From an uncultured candidate division Zixibacteria bacterium (GTDB taxonomy: Bacteria; Zixibacteria; MSB-5A5; UBA10806), in assembly GCA_963801605.1 (NCBI GenBank), contig CAWDFP010000006.1:1472001-1536000 (forward strand): 64,000 bases of DNA. The letters run 5' to 3'. Made by a program: the position numbers and the translations under genes. Under the pieces are notes generated by a model, which saw nothing but the letters and a program-made list of their open reading frames with translations, did no database searches and was not told the DNA's origin. Positions 48,836 through 57,778 of this stretch are shown here, piece by piece. The first letter of the stretch is position 1, and every line of letters begins with the position of its first letter.

Positions 48836-49829
48836 ATGAAGTGGAAAAGTATGCAAATGCCCAAGGATGTGGTTCTCGATGAGAAAACCGCAACTCAGAG
48901 CTATGGCCGATTCACCATCGAGCCGCTCGAGAGAGGCTTTGGGCATACCCTCGGCACGGCGTTCCGACGAGTGCTGCTCTCCTCGATCCAGGGCGCGGCC
49001 GTTACCGCTATTAGAGTCACTGGGTATTTTGCATGAGTTCTCGACTATTCCCGGTGTGCTGGAGGATGTTACCGAGTTAGTCTTAAATGTTAAAAAACTC
49101 AAACTCAAACTTTTAGGCGATGAGCCGAAGACTATCGTTCTTTCGGCAAATTCAAAGGGCGCCTTTAAGGCTGGCGATATCGAGGCCGATCCCACTATCG
49201 AAATTGTCAATCCCGATTTTCATCTCGTCACCCTCAATGACGATATCAAATTTCGGATGGAGATGGATGTCGAATCCGGTCGCGGTTTTGTTACCGCCGA
49301 CCTCAATAGAAAGACCGGACAACCGGCTGGCACGATCTACCTCGATACCAGATTTTCCCCGGTTATCAAGGTTAATTATGCCGTTGAGGACACCCGCGTC
49401 GGACAGCGTACTGACTATGATAAATTGACAATTGAAATCTGGACCGACTCCACAATCACTCCCGAGGAGGCCCTGACCTTCGCTGCCAGACTTGTCAAAG
49501 ACCACCTCAATATATTTGCCAAGGTCGACCAGGAAATGGAAATGGTCGAAGAGGAAAAGGTTGACGAGGAAGTCATGAGGATTCGCAATCTGCTCAAGAT
49601 GCGGGTCGATGAGTTGGAGCTATCGGTGCGTTCGTCGAACTGCCTGCATGCGGCCAATATTATTACCCTTGAGGACCTGGTCCGCAAAACCGAGCAGGAA
49701 ATGTTGAAATACCGTAATTTTGGAAGAAAGTCGCTTAACGAGCTTAACAGCATCCTCTCCGAATTGGGCCTGTCCTTTGGCATGGATGTCGATAAGTACA
49801 AAGAACCGGAAGAAGCAAAGGCAATATAG
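48836..49829 (+). CDS. rpoA: RNA polymerase alpha subunit (+1 frameshift near 49023)
   Basis: '[12 protein letters not shown]' joins '[10 protein letters not shown]', '[11 protein letters not shown]', 'NFGRKSL'. Confidence 0.96.
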
Positions 49830-50378
49830 ATGCGACATGGAAGACATGTAAAGAAACTTGGTGTTAAAACAGCCCATCGGCATGCCATGATGGCCAATAT
49901 GGCCACCTCCCTGATCCTGGCTGGCAAGATAAGGACCACAGTCGCCAGGGCCAAGGTAGTCCAGAGCAAAGTAGAAAAACTTATTACGCTTGCCAAACGG
50001 GGCGACCTTCACGCTCGTCGGCAGGTTGTCGCGGCGTTACGTGATAATGATGCTGTCACGAAACTATTTACCGAAATCGTGCCCGAATTCAAGGATACTA
50101 AAGGCGGATTCACTCGGCGTGCTATTTGGGGCCGTCGTTTAGGTGATGGCGCCACCTTAGCCGTGGTTGAGCTTAACGTCGAAAAGAAGGTCGTTGCCGA
50201 GCCCAAGAAAAAGGGCAAAGGCGAAACCGAGGAAAAGGTTGAGGCCGCCGACACCAAGAAAGAAAAGAAAGCCAAACCCGCTAAAGAGAAAAAAGAGAAA
50301 AAGCCCAAAGCCGAAAAGAAAGAGACTCATAAAGAGACTAAAGTGGTTAAAAAGAAAAAGTCTCCTACAGCCAAATAA
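49830..50378 (+). CDS. rplQ: 50S ribosomal protein L17 with a Lys/Glu-rich C-terminal extension
   Basis: 'MRH', 'IRTTVARAK', 'GGFTR', 'RLGDGA'. Confidence 0.97.
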   Translation: MRHGRHVKKLGVKTAHRHAMMANMATSLILAGKIRTTVARAKVVQSKVEKLITLAKRGDLHARRQVVAALRDNDAVTKLFTEIVPEFKDTKGGFTRRAIWGRRLGDGATLAVVELNVEKKVVAEPKKKGKGETEEKVEAADTKKEKKAKPAKEKKEKKPKAEKKETHKETKVVKKKKSPTAK

Positions 50379-50423
50379 TCTTTTTTCTCAAATTTATTGA
50401 CCGTTCACGGTCAGCAAAATTCC

Positions 50424-50449
50424 ACCCGGCAATCAAAGCCGGGTTTTTT
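50424..50449 (+). terminator. Rho-independent terminator ending the alpha operon
   Basis: ACCCGGC-aatcaaa-GCCGGGT followed by a T-tract. Confidence 0.85.
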
Positions 50450-50457
50450 GTTTGTGC

Positions 50458-50532
50458 GTGCGGTCGGGTCCCCGAACCCGACCGCAACAATCCTAAGCAT
50501 TTGTGCGGCAGGGTCTCCGCACTCTGCCGTTC
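50458..50532. repeat. Two tandem REP-like palindromes
   Basis: TGCGGTCGGGT-6 nt-ACCCGACCGCA and CGGCAGGGT-6 nt-ACTCTGCCG; both begin GTGCGG. Confidence 0.65.
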
Positions 50533-50813
50533 TACCGGTCAAACAGGATTATAATATAATGCCCCAGGATCGAAGAGTCCTTCCAGCAACATCTGAGGCA
50601 AAAGACCCGTGGCCCGGGTGGCATCTTATTGGACCGTCGCAGACGCCAGAAGCATGTTTGCCCTGTGCCTCAAAATAATGGAACGCCTATTCACTAATAT
50701 TTTGTTACATCCTTGAATTGGTAATAATCGCGCCTTTGACAGCGGCATTTCTTTATCTTAGAATAGCTTATTGCTATGCCGCGATCCTTCTATCTTCCTG
50801 ATCGGGAGGCAAT

Positions 50814-52968
50814 ATGAGAAAGTTTCTTTTCGTTTCATTATTAGTCGCCATATTTGCATCCGTGGCTTTCGCGCAAACGCTTGAATATGCCGGATCTGCT
50901 CTGTGGAATGGCGCATGGGATGTCAAGGTCGTTGACAACCGCGCTTATTGCGCATTTTATAGCGGTTTGATGATTATCGATATATCGGATCCATCCAATC
51001 CTTCCATTATCAGCCGCCTGTTTTGCCGTGGTAATAACTATAAAATAGCTATTAATGGAGATTATATATTTTTAGCTTCAACGCAAAATGGAATTAATAT
51101 TATAAATGTGTTAGATCAATCAAATCCTGTATTAGTGGGTAATATTGTGCCCCGTGGTATGCGGGTAAATGATATCTATGTAAACGGCGATTATCTTTAT
51201 TCTGCTGAAGATACCGCGGGTTTCCAAATAATAGATATTTCCAATATGATGCAACCAGTACGAATAGGATCGTATCACTTAGTATTTTCTTCTCCATTTC
51301 CTGCGGTATATGTTGACGGTGATTATGCCTATTTTACATGTAATAACCGACCATTGTACATAATCAATATATCAAACAAAACAAATCCTACATTAGAAGG
51401 AACGTACTATAATCCAGAGCAGGCCCTCGGTTTTTATGATGTTGTGACAATTGGTGATTAAATATACTTAAGTGCCAATTCTGGAGGGGTCATGACTCTC
51501 GATGCGCAGGATAAGAGTAATCCCGTACTATTGAGTAACCTTGGTCTTTCACATGAATGTGTAAGCTTGGCAATCTCCGGCCAATATGCGTACATGGCTT
51601 CTCCCAACAATGCCCTTGAAATTATTAATATAGCTGATCCTCAAAACCTGGTATTAAGCGGGGAATTTACTTCATCCCAATTCAATTGGGGCCTTGATGT
51701 TAGCAGTAATTACGCTTACATGACTGACCGCTATGGCGGATTCAAGATAATAGATGTTTCTGATTCCCAATCTCCGGAATTATTAAGCGATTTTAATTAT
51801 AGTCGTTATGTATATCAGGTAGGCATCACAGGAAATATGGCCATTGTGGCCGATACAACGCATTTTTTGAAAATTCTAAATTTATCTTATCCCGACAGCC
51901 TTTTTCGGTTGCCCAATTATGGCATGGGACCTTGGATTAATGGAATAGAAATAGTAGGAAATCTGGCGCTATTTTCCAGCCAAAGTGGTTATGAATCAGG
52001 GTTATATATTTTTGATATCTCTAATATTGAACGACCAGTGTTATTAGGTAGATCTCTCGATACGTTTACTTATGCAGGGGATTTGGCCATAGATAGTACT
52101 TATGTTTATTTGCTTTCTGATGCCGGTTTTCATGTGATAAATATTAGTGATCCCTCTTCACCATGGCGCCAAGGGCATTTTTATATATCAAATTATAATC
52201 GTCCGAATGATATTGCAATTAAGGATAGCATAGCTTATGTCGCTGCAAACGATTCAGGCCTTTATTGCGTATCGATATCAGACCCGAGCCATCCGGCCTT
52301 ACTGGGTCATATTATTCCCGCTGGGTACACTTATGGTGTTGCTATTCGCGATAATTATGCCTTCCTCGGCTGCGGGATTGATACGCTCATTGTATTAGAT
52401 ATTTCTGATCCCACCAATCCCATCGTTGCTGTTACCTATGAGGTCCCTGATGTCTATATCGCTTTCCGGGACATAATATTATCGGGCGATTATGCCTTTA
52501 TAACCGACAGTCACCGCGGATTATCGGTGATCGATATTTCGAATCCTTTAAGCCCATCGTTTGTGACCTTTTTTGGGACTTATGGGGAAGTTAACGGCAT
52601 GGCAGTATCCGGGAACCTCATTTACCTTGCCAATCAATATTCCCTCCTAATCCTCCGCTTCAATCCCGAAACAGGTACGATTGAGGATATCACTAATCTC
52701 CCTCAAGCGCTTTCCCTTTCCCAAAACTATCCCAATCCCTTCAACGCCCAAACAACTATTCAATATGACCTGCCCGTCGCTTCAGATGTCACCCTCTCAA
52801 TTTATGATATCCAGGGCCGCATGGTTGGAACCCCTAGTAAATGAACACCAGAAAGCGGGTCATCATCAAACTACCTGGGATGCCTCAAAGTATTCTTCTG
52901 GCGTCTATTTCTATAGAGTCCAGGCCGGGAATTTCAGTCAAACCCAAAAGGCAATCCTTCTAAAATAA
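50814..52968 (+). CDS. Secreted LVIVD-repeat beta-propeller protein with a T9SS/FlgD-like C-terminal domain; in-frame TAA at 51459 and +1 shift near 52833
   Basis: Repeats 'GLMIIDISDP' and 'GDYAY'; 'SQNYPNPFN...SSGVYFYRV'; GD*IYL where sister repeats read GDY. Confidence 0.85.
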
Positions 52969-53037
52969 TAAGTTTTTATTATATCCATAATACGATATAG
53001 TATCTCGATAGCCAAAGTTAGGCCGGTTTATTTTCCC

Positions 53038-53066
53038 TTTACAGAATGCCCCCTATTTCATAGAAT
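53038..53066 (+). promoter_or_regulatory. Promoter giving a probably leaderless deoB transcript
   Basis: TTTACA-17 nt-TAGAAT-7 nt-ATG; no Shine-Dalgarno sequence. Confidence 0.65.
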
Positions 53067-53073
53067 TACCCTC

Positions 53074-54240
53074 ATGCGTGCCTGTGTTCTTATCTTGGAT
53101 TCCTGCGGAGTAGGGGAGCTTCCCGATGCCGCCCAATATGGCGATTCCGGTGCCAATACCATCGGAAATATCGCTAAAGCTTTGAATGGTTTGCCAATTC
53201 CCAATCTCCAGAAAATGGGCTTTGCCAATATTATCGAGATAATTGGTGTACCTCCCGCGCAAAAACCGATCAGCTTTTATGGCAAGATGGCACAAGGCAG
53301 CGCCGGAAAAGATTCTACTGTCGGCCACTGGGAGCACTTTGGGATAATCACCCAAAAACCGTTTCCTACCTATCCCAATGGCTTTCCTCCGGCCATAATC
53401 GCCGAATTTGAAAAGCGCACCGGACGCAAAGCTATTGGAAACAAACCCGCCTCCGGTACCGAAATTATAAAAGAACTTGGTGAAGAGCATCTTAAAACCG
53501 GCGCCCTTATTGTGTATACATCAGGCGATTCGGTCTTCCAGATAGCCGCCCATCGGTCGATAGTGCCCGTCGATGAACTCTATCGCTATAGCCGTATCGC
53601 CCGGGAGATAATGACCGGAGATCACGGCGTCTCCCGCATCATTGCCCGGCCTTTTGATGGTGAGCCTGGCAAATTTTATCGGACTGATGAGCGCCACGAT
53701 TTCTCTCTCGTCCCGCCGACCGACAGCGGCCTTGATATCTTATCACGTGCTGGCCACAAGGTTATTTCCATCGGAAAAATCAATGACCTTTTTGCTGGAA
53801 AGGGAATCACGGAATCCCATCCCACCAAATCTAATGCTGACGGCATCGATAAACTGATTGATATACTGGGTCAATCCTTCGATGGCCTGATTTATATTAA
53901 TCTTGTTGATTTTGATATGCTCTGGGGGCATCGTAATGATGTTCGAGGTTTTGCTGACGGTTTAATTTATTTCGATAAGAAATTGCCGGAGATTTTAGCC
54001 AAACTGTCGAGGGGCGATCTCTTCATAATCTCCGCCGACCACGGTTGCGACCCCACTACGCCATCCACAGATCACTCCCGTGAATATGTGCCGATTCTGG
54101 CCAGTCTTTCAAATTTCGACTCTTATTCGGGGAAATCGTTGGGAATCAGAAAATCATTCGCCGATCTTGGCGCCACTGTACTTGACTTCTTCGGCCTTCG
54201 TCAGCCGACAGGAGAGAGCTTCTTGGGAGACCTAAAATGA
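53074..54240 (+). CDS. deoB: Phosphopentomutase
   Basis: 'LDSCGVGELPDA', 'GKDSTVGHWE', 'NLVDFDMLWGHR', 'ADHGCDP', 'DHSRE'. Confidence 0.97.
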   Translation: MRACVLILDSCGVGELPDAAQYGDSGANTIGNIAKALNGLPIPNLQKMGFANIIEIIGVPPAQKPISFYGKMAQGSAGKDSTVGHWEHFGIITQKPFPTYPNGFPPAIIAEFEKRTGRKAIGNKPASGTEIIKELGEEHLKTGALIVYTSGDSVFQIAAHRSIVPVDELYRYSRIAREIMTGDHGVSRIIARPFDGEPGKFYRTDERHDFSLVPPTDSGLDILSRAGHKVISIGKINDLFAGKGITESHPTKSNADGIDKLIDILGQSFDGLIYINLVDFDMLWGHRNDVRGFADGLIYFDKKLPEILAKLSRGDLFIISADHGCDPTTPSTDHSREYVPILASLSNFDSYSGKSLGIRKSFADLGATVLDFFGLRQPTGESFLGDLK

Positions 54241-54623
54241 TCGATTGGGAAAAATTGATTTCGGCCGCTAAGGATGTTAGAAAAAATGCTTACGCCAAAT
54301 TCTCCGGTTTCGAGGTTGGCGCCGCCCTTCTTACTGAGGATGGCGAAATCGTCACAGGCTGCAATGTTGAAAATAGCTCCTTCGGGCTGACAATCTGCGC
54401 CGAACGTACCGCCGCCTTTAAAGCCGTCTCGGAGGGGCATAAGAAGTTTGTGGCAATCGCAGTATATTCCGAATCGCCGCAGCCCGCTCGGCCATGTGGC
54501 GCTTGCCGTCAGGTGCTGTTCGAGTTCAATCCCGATCTCGAAATCGCCTGCGCCAATACGCAGGGCATTGTCGATAAATTTACTCTCTCAGAGCTTTTAC
54601 CGGAGGGTTTCAGACTCAGATGA
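54237..54623 (+). CDS. cdd: Cytidine deaminase, homotetrameric type
   Basis: 'GCNVEN', 'CAER', 'PCGACRQ'. Confidence 0.97.
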   Translation: MIDWEKLISAAKDVRKNAYAKFSGFEVGAALLTEDGEIVTGCNVENSSFGLTICAERTAAFKAVSEGHKKFVAIAVYSESPQPARPCGACRQVLFEFNPDLEIACANTQGIVDKFTLSELLPEGFRLR

Positions 54624-54883
54624 ATTTGGGGAAAGTTACCGGCTGTCTCTGGGCCTCGGCCAAACACGGCTCGCTTAAGGGTGCCAAACTTCTTATCGTA
54701 TCGCAGATCGGTTCCGATGGTAAATTTACAGGAGGATATGAAGTCGCTTACGATACTGTCGATGCTGGAATCGGCGATACGGTACTTACTGTCAAAGGCT
54801 CTTCGGCCAAGATGACTCCGCAAACAACAAATGCGACTATCGATTGCGCAATAACAGGGATTGTAGACCATGTCCAACAATGA
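54620..54883 (+). CDS. Bacterial microcompartment vertex protein (BMC-P, EutN/CcmL family)
   Basis: 'MNLGKVTG...K..SLKGAKLLIV', 'VAYDTVDAGIGDTVL...GSSA', 'IDCAITGIVD'. Confidence 0.9.
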   Translation: MNLGKVTGCLWASAKHGSLKGAKLLIVSQIGSDGKFTGGYEVAYDTVDAGIGDTVLTVKGSSAKMTPQTTNATIDCAITGIVDHVQQ

Positions 54884-55721
54884 TGAATTGATTAAAAAGA
54901 TCGTCGAGCAGGTTATTTCAGATCAACAGAAAAAACCGGGCTCCGAGGAAAATGATCACGCCTCATGTCAGGGCTGCGGGCATTGCATAGCAAAACGGCA
55001 GGATGCTGTGAAACAGATTGCTGATGCTGGAGCCAGCCGGCTATCCGCCGGAATTGGTGTTGGCAAGGATATTGTCACGCCTACCCTTATCGATCATACT
55101 CTTCTCAAACCCAATGCTACCGCGCGCGAATTGGAGCAGCTTTGCGGCGAGGCTCTTGAATACGGCTTTTATTCGGTATGTATCAATCCCACCCATATCG
55201 CGCGTTGCCGGGATATTTTGGCCGGTTCACGCGTTAAGGTTTGCACCGTAATCGGATTTCCCTTAGGCGCGAATACATCGGCCACTAAGGCCTTTGAGGC
55301 GGCCAACGCCGAATCGCTGGGAGCCGAGGAAATCGATATGGTGATAAATGTCGGCGCTCTCAAAGACAATCAGTTGTCTTTTGTGAAAGACGATATTGCC
55401 GCGGTTGTCGAGGCCACATCCAAAACTGTAATCACCAAGGTCATATTGGAAAACGCCTACCTTACCGCCGAGGAGAAAATCAGGGGCTGTCTTATGGCCA
55501 AAGCCGCCGCCGCCGATTTTGTTAAGACTTCAACCGGGTTTGGGCCGTCGGGCGCTACCCTTGAGGATGTGGCTCTTATGCGCCGAGTGGTGGGCGAGGA
55601 GCTCGGTGTCAAGGCCGCTGGAGGAATCCGCGATACAGCTATGGCCTTAAAAATGATGGAGGCCGGAGCGACTCGTATCGGCGCCTCGGCGTCTATCAAA
55701 ATAGTGACTGGAACGACATGA
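54870..55721 (+). CDS. deoC: Deoxyribose-phosphate aldolase with an N-terminal extension of about 70 aa
   Basis: 'IDHTLL', 'VIGFPLG', 'EIDMVIN', 'FVKTSTGF', 'VKAAGGIR', 'RIGAS'. Confidence 0.96.
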   Translation: MSNNDELIKKIVEQVISDQQKKPGSEENDHASCQGCGHCIAKRQDAVKQIADAGASRLSAGIGVGKDIVTPTLIDHTLLKPNATARELEQLCGEALEYGFYSVCINPTHIARCRDILAGSRVKVCTVIGFPLGANTSATKAFEAANAESLGAEEIDMVINVGALKDNQLSFVKDDIAAVVEATSKTVITKVILENAYLTAEEKIRGCLMAKAAAADFVKTSTGFGPSGATLEDVALMRRVVGEELGVKAAGGIRDTAMALKMMEAGATRIGASASIKIVTGTT

Positions 55722-57022
55722 GCCCCGTTGAAATAATAGCCAAGAAGCGGGATGGCAATAAGCTTTCGCGCGATGAAATCGCCCATTTTATTAATTCGTT
55801 CCTAAAAGGCGATATTAAAGATTATCAAATGTCTGCTTTCCTCATGGCGGTCTATCTCAAAGGGATGGATTTCGAGGAAACCGGCTGGCTAACCGAAATT
55901 ATGCTCCATTCGGGTGAGGCAGTTTCCTTCGGCGAGCCGCGCCGACTTTATGTTGATAAGCACTCCACGGGCGGCGTTGGTGATAAAGTTTCATTGATCC
56001 TTGCGCCCTGGATCGCAGCTTGCGGAGCGAAGGTCCCGATGCTTTCCGGCCGAGGTTTAGGTCATACCGGCGGGACTCTCGATAAATTGGAAACGATTCC
56101 CGGCTATAGGACTAATCTCTCGCTTGATGAGTTCAAAAATGGTGTCGAGCGCGTGGGATGCGTAATCTCCGGACAGACGCCTGAAATCGCCCCCGCCGAT
56201 AAGGCTCTTTACGCTCTTCGTGATGTCACCGCTACCGTAGAATCAATTCCCTTAATTTGCGGCTCGATTCTTTCTAAAAAATTCGCCGCCGGGCCAAATG
56301 GGCTGGTTTTCGATGTTAAATGCGGGAATGGGGCCTTTATGAAAACGGTCGAAACCGCCTCCAGTCTGGCCTCGAATCTTATCGGAGTCTGCAAGGCTAT
56401 GGGTCGGAATGTCTGTGCGCTGCTCACCGATATGAATCAGCCTTTGGGGTACGCTTCTGGAAATATTCTCGAGGTCCAGGAATCTGTCGATGCACTCAAC
56501 GGCAGCTTTGCTCCCGATTTATATCGGGTTACTTTCGAGCTTGGAATTGAGATGCTGTTAATTGCGGGCCTCAAACCGAATAGGGAATCCGCTGGAATCC
56601 TTCTTGAGCAAAAGCTTAAAGATGGCTCTGCCTGGCGTAAGTTTCAGGAGATGGTTTCCTACCAGCAGGGTAGTTTGACGATTTTCGAAAACGATAGCCG
56701 GATGCCCAAAGCTCCCGTAATCAGGGAGTTCAAATCTCCTCTCAGCGGATTTGTTCAGGGATTTGAAACCGAGGGAATCGGACGGCTGATTGTCGATATG
56801 GGCGGCGGGCGAAAAACCAAAGACGATATAATCGATCCCCTGATTGGATTTATCTTCCGCAAAAAAATCGGAGAGCCGATCAACGCGGGTGATACTCTTG
56901 TCGAAATCCATGCCCGCGATAATGCCCAGGCGGAACTGGCAGCTTCACGACTTAATGAATTAATCCATTTAGGACCAGAAAAGCCCGAGGCGCCTGTACT
57001 TATAAAAAAACGTCTTATTTAA
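55718..57022 (+). CDS. pdp: Pyrimidine-nucleoside/thymidine phosphorylase
   Basis: 'DKHSTGGVGDK', 'SGRGLGHTGGTLDKLE', 'RDVTATV', 'SILSKK'. Confidence 0.95.
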   Translation: MSPVEIIAKKRDGNKLSRDEIAHFINSFLKGDIKDYQMSAFLMAVYLKGMDFEETGWLTEIMLHSGEAVSFGEPRRLYVDKHSTGGVGDKVSLILAPWIAACGAKVPMLSGRGLGHTGGTLDKLETIPGYRTNLSLDEFKNGVERVGCVISGQTPEIAPADKALYALRDVTATVESIPLICGSILSKKFAAGPNGLVFDVKCGNGAFMKTVETASSLASNLIGVCKAMGRNVCALLTDMNQPLGYASGNILEVQESVDALNGSFAPDLYRVTFELGIEMLLIAGLKPNRESAGILLEQKLKDGSAWRKFQEMVSYQQGSLTIFENDSRMPKAPVIREFKSPLSGFVQGFETEGIGRLIVDMGGGRKTKDDIIDPLIGFIFRKKIGEPINAGDTLVEIHARDNAQAELAASRLNELIHLGPEKPEAPVLIKKRLI

Positions 57023-57054
57023 TTACTAACGAAATTTATTCGATAATATAATTA

Positions 57055-57568
57055 ATGAAAATCAGGCTTGCTAAAGTTGATGATGCCCCCGCCATTTCCC
57101 GGGTGCATATCGATTCCTGGCGAACGTCATATAGAGGCATAGTCCCGGACCAGGTGCTCGATAATCTCGATTATGTGCGCAATAATATCCGGTGGCGCGA
57201 GATGCTTTCCAATCTCGGCGAAATGAAGTGCTTTTTTGTTGCTGAGGATGATGATGGCCGGATCGTTGGTTTTGCCATCGGCGGGCCTAATCGGGACGAG
57301 AACACCGGCTTCAACGGCGAACTTTACGCGATCTACCTTATCAAAGAATGCCAGGGACAAGGGGATAGGCAAAATGCTCGTCTCAAAAGTTGCAGCCTGG
57401 TTGGCCAATCGACGATATGATTCCATGCTGGTTTGGGTGCTCGAAAAAAATCCTGCCAAATATTTCTACGAGTCTCTCGGCGCCAGGCCGGTTGGACGGA
57501 AAACTATCGTGATTGGTGATGCTTCACTTGATGAGCTTAGCTACGGCTGGCCTGATATTAAGACATGA
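57055..57568 (+). CDS. GNAT family acetyltransferase (+1 frameshift near 57358)
   Basis: 'IRLA', 'IVGFA', 'ELYAIY...QG' joins 'KGIGKML...WVLEKNPA..FYESLG'. Confidence 0.88.
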
Positions 57569-57606
57569 TTTCCTAAAAACCATATAGTTGCATTTTTGGC
57601 CCCCAG

Positions 57607-57720
57607 TCGGATTTCTCTATCAATTTTATATCGGTTGCGTCAGTTCTTAGGCCTCCGAGAACTGACGCATTCTACACTGAGAATGGCATGCGCCTTCCCA
57701 AATCGGATTTCTCTATCAAT
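57607..57720. repeat. 18-nt direct repeat flanking a 12-bp-stem hairpin
   Basis: TCGGATTTCTCTATCAAT at 57607 and 57703; TGCGTCAGTTCT/AGAACTGACGCA at 57636-57669. Confidence 0.8.
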
Positions 57721-57778
57721 ATAGGTAGGAAGTAATAGTGATTGTTGATGAACTCAGGTGAATATACTAAAAGCCCAC

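Noticed and set aside
51459..51461. Stop-codon reassignment (TAA read as Tyr)
   Set aside because: TAA ends many conserved genes in this window at their expected positions
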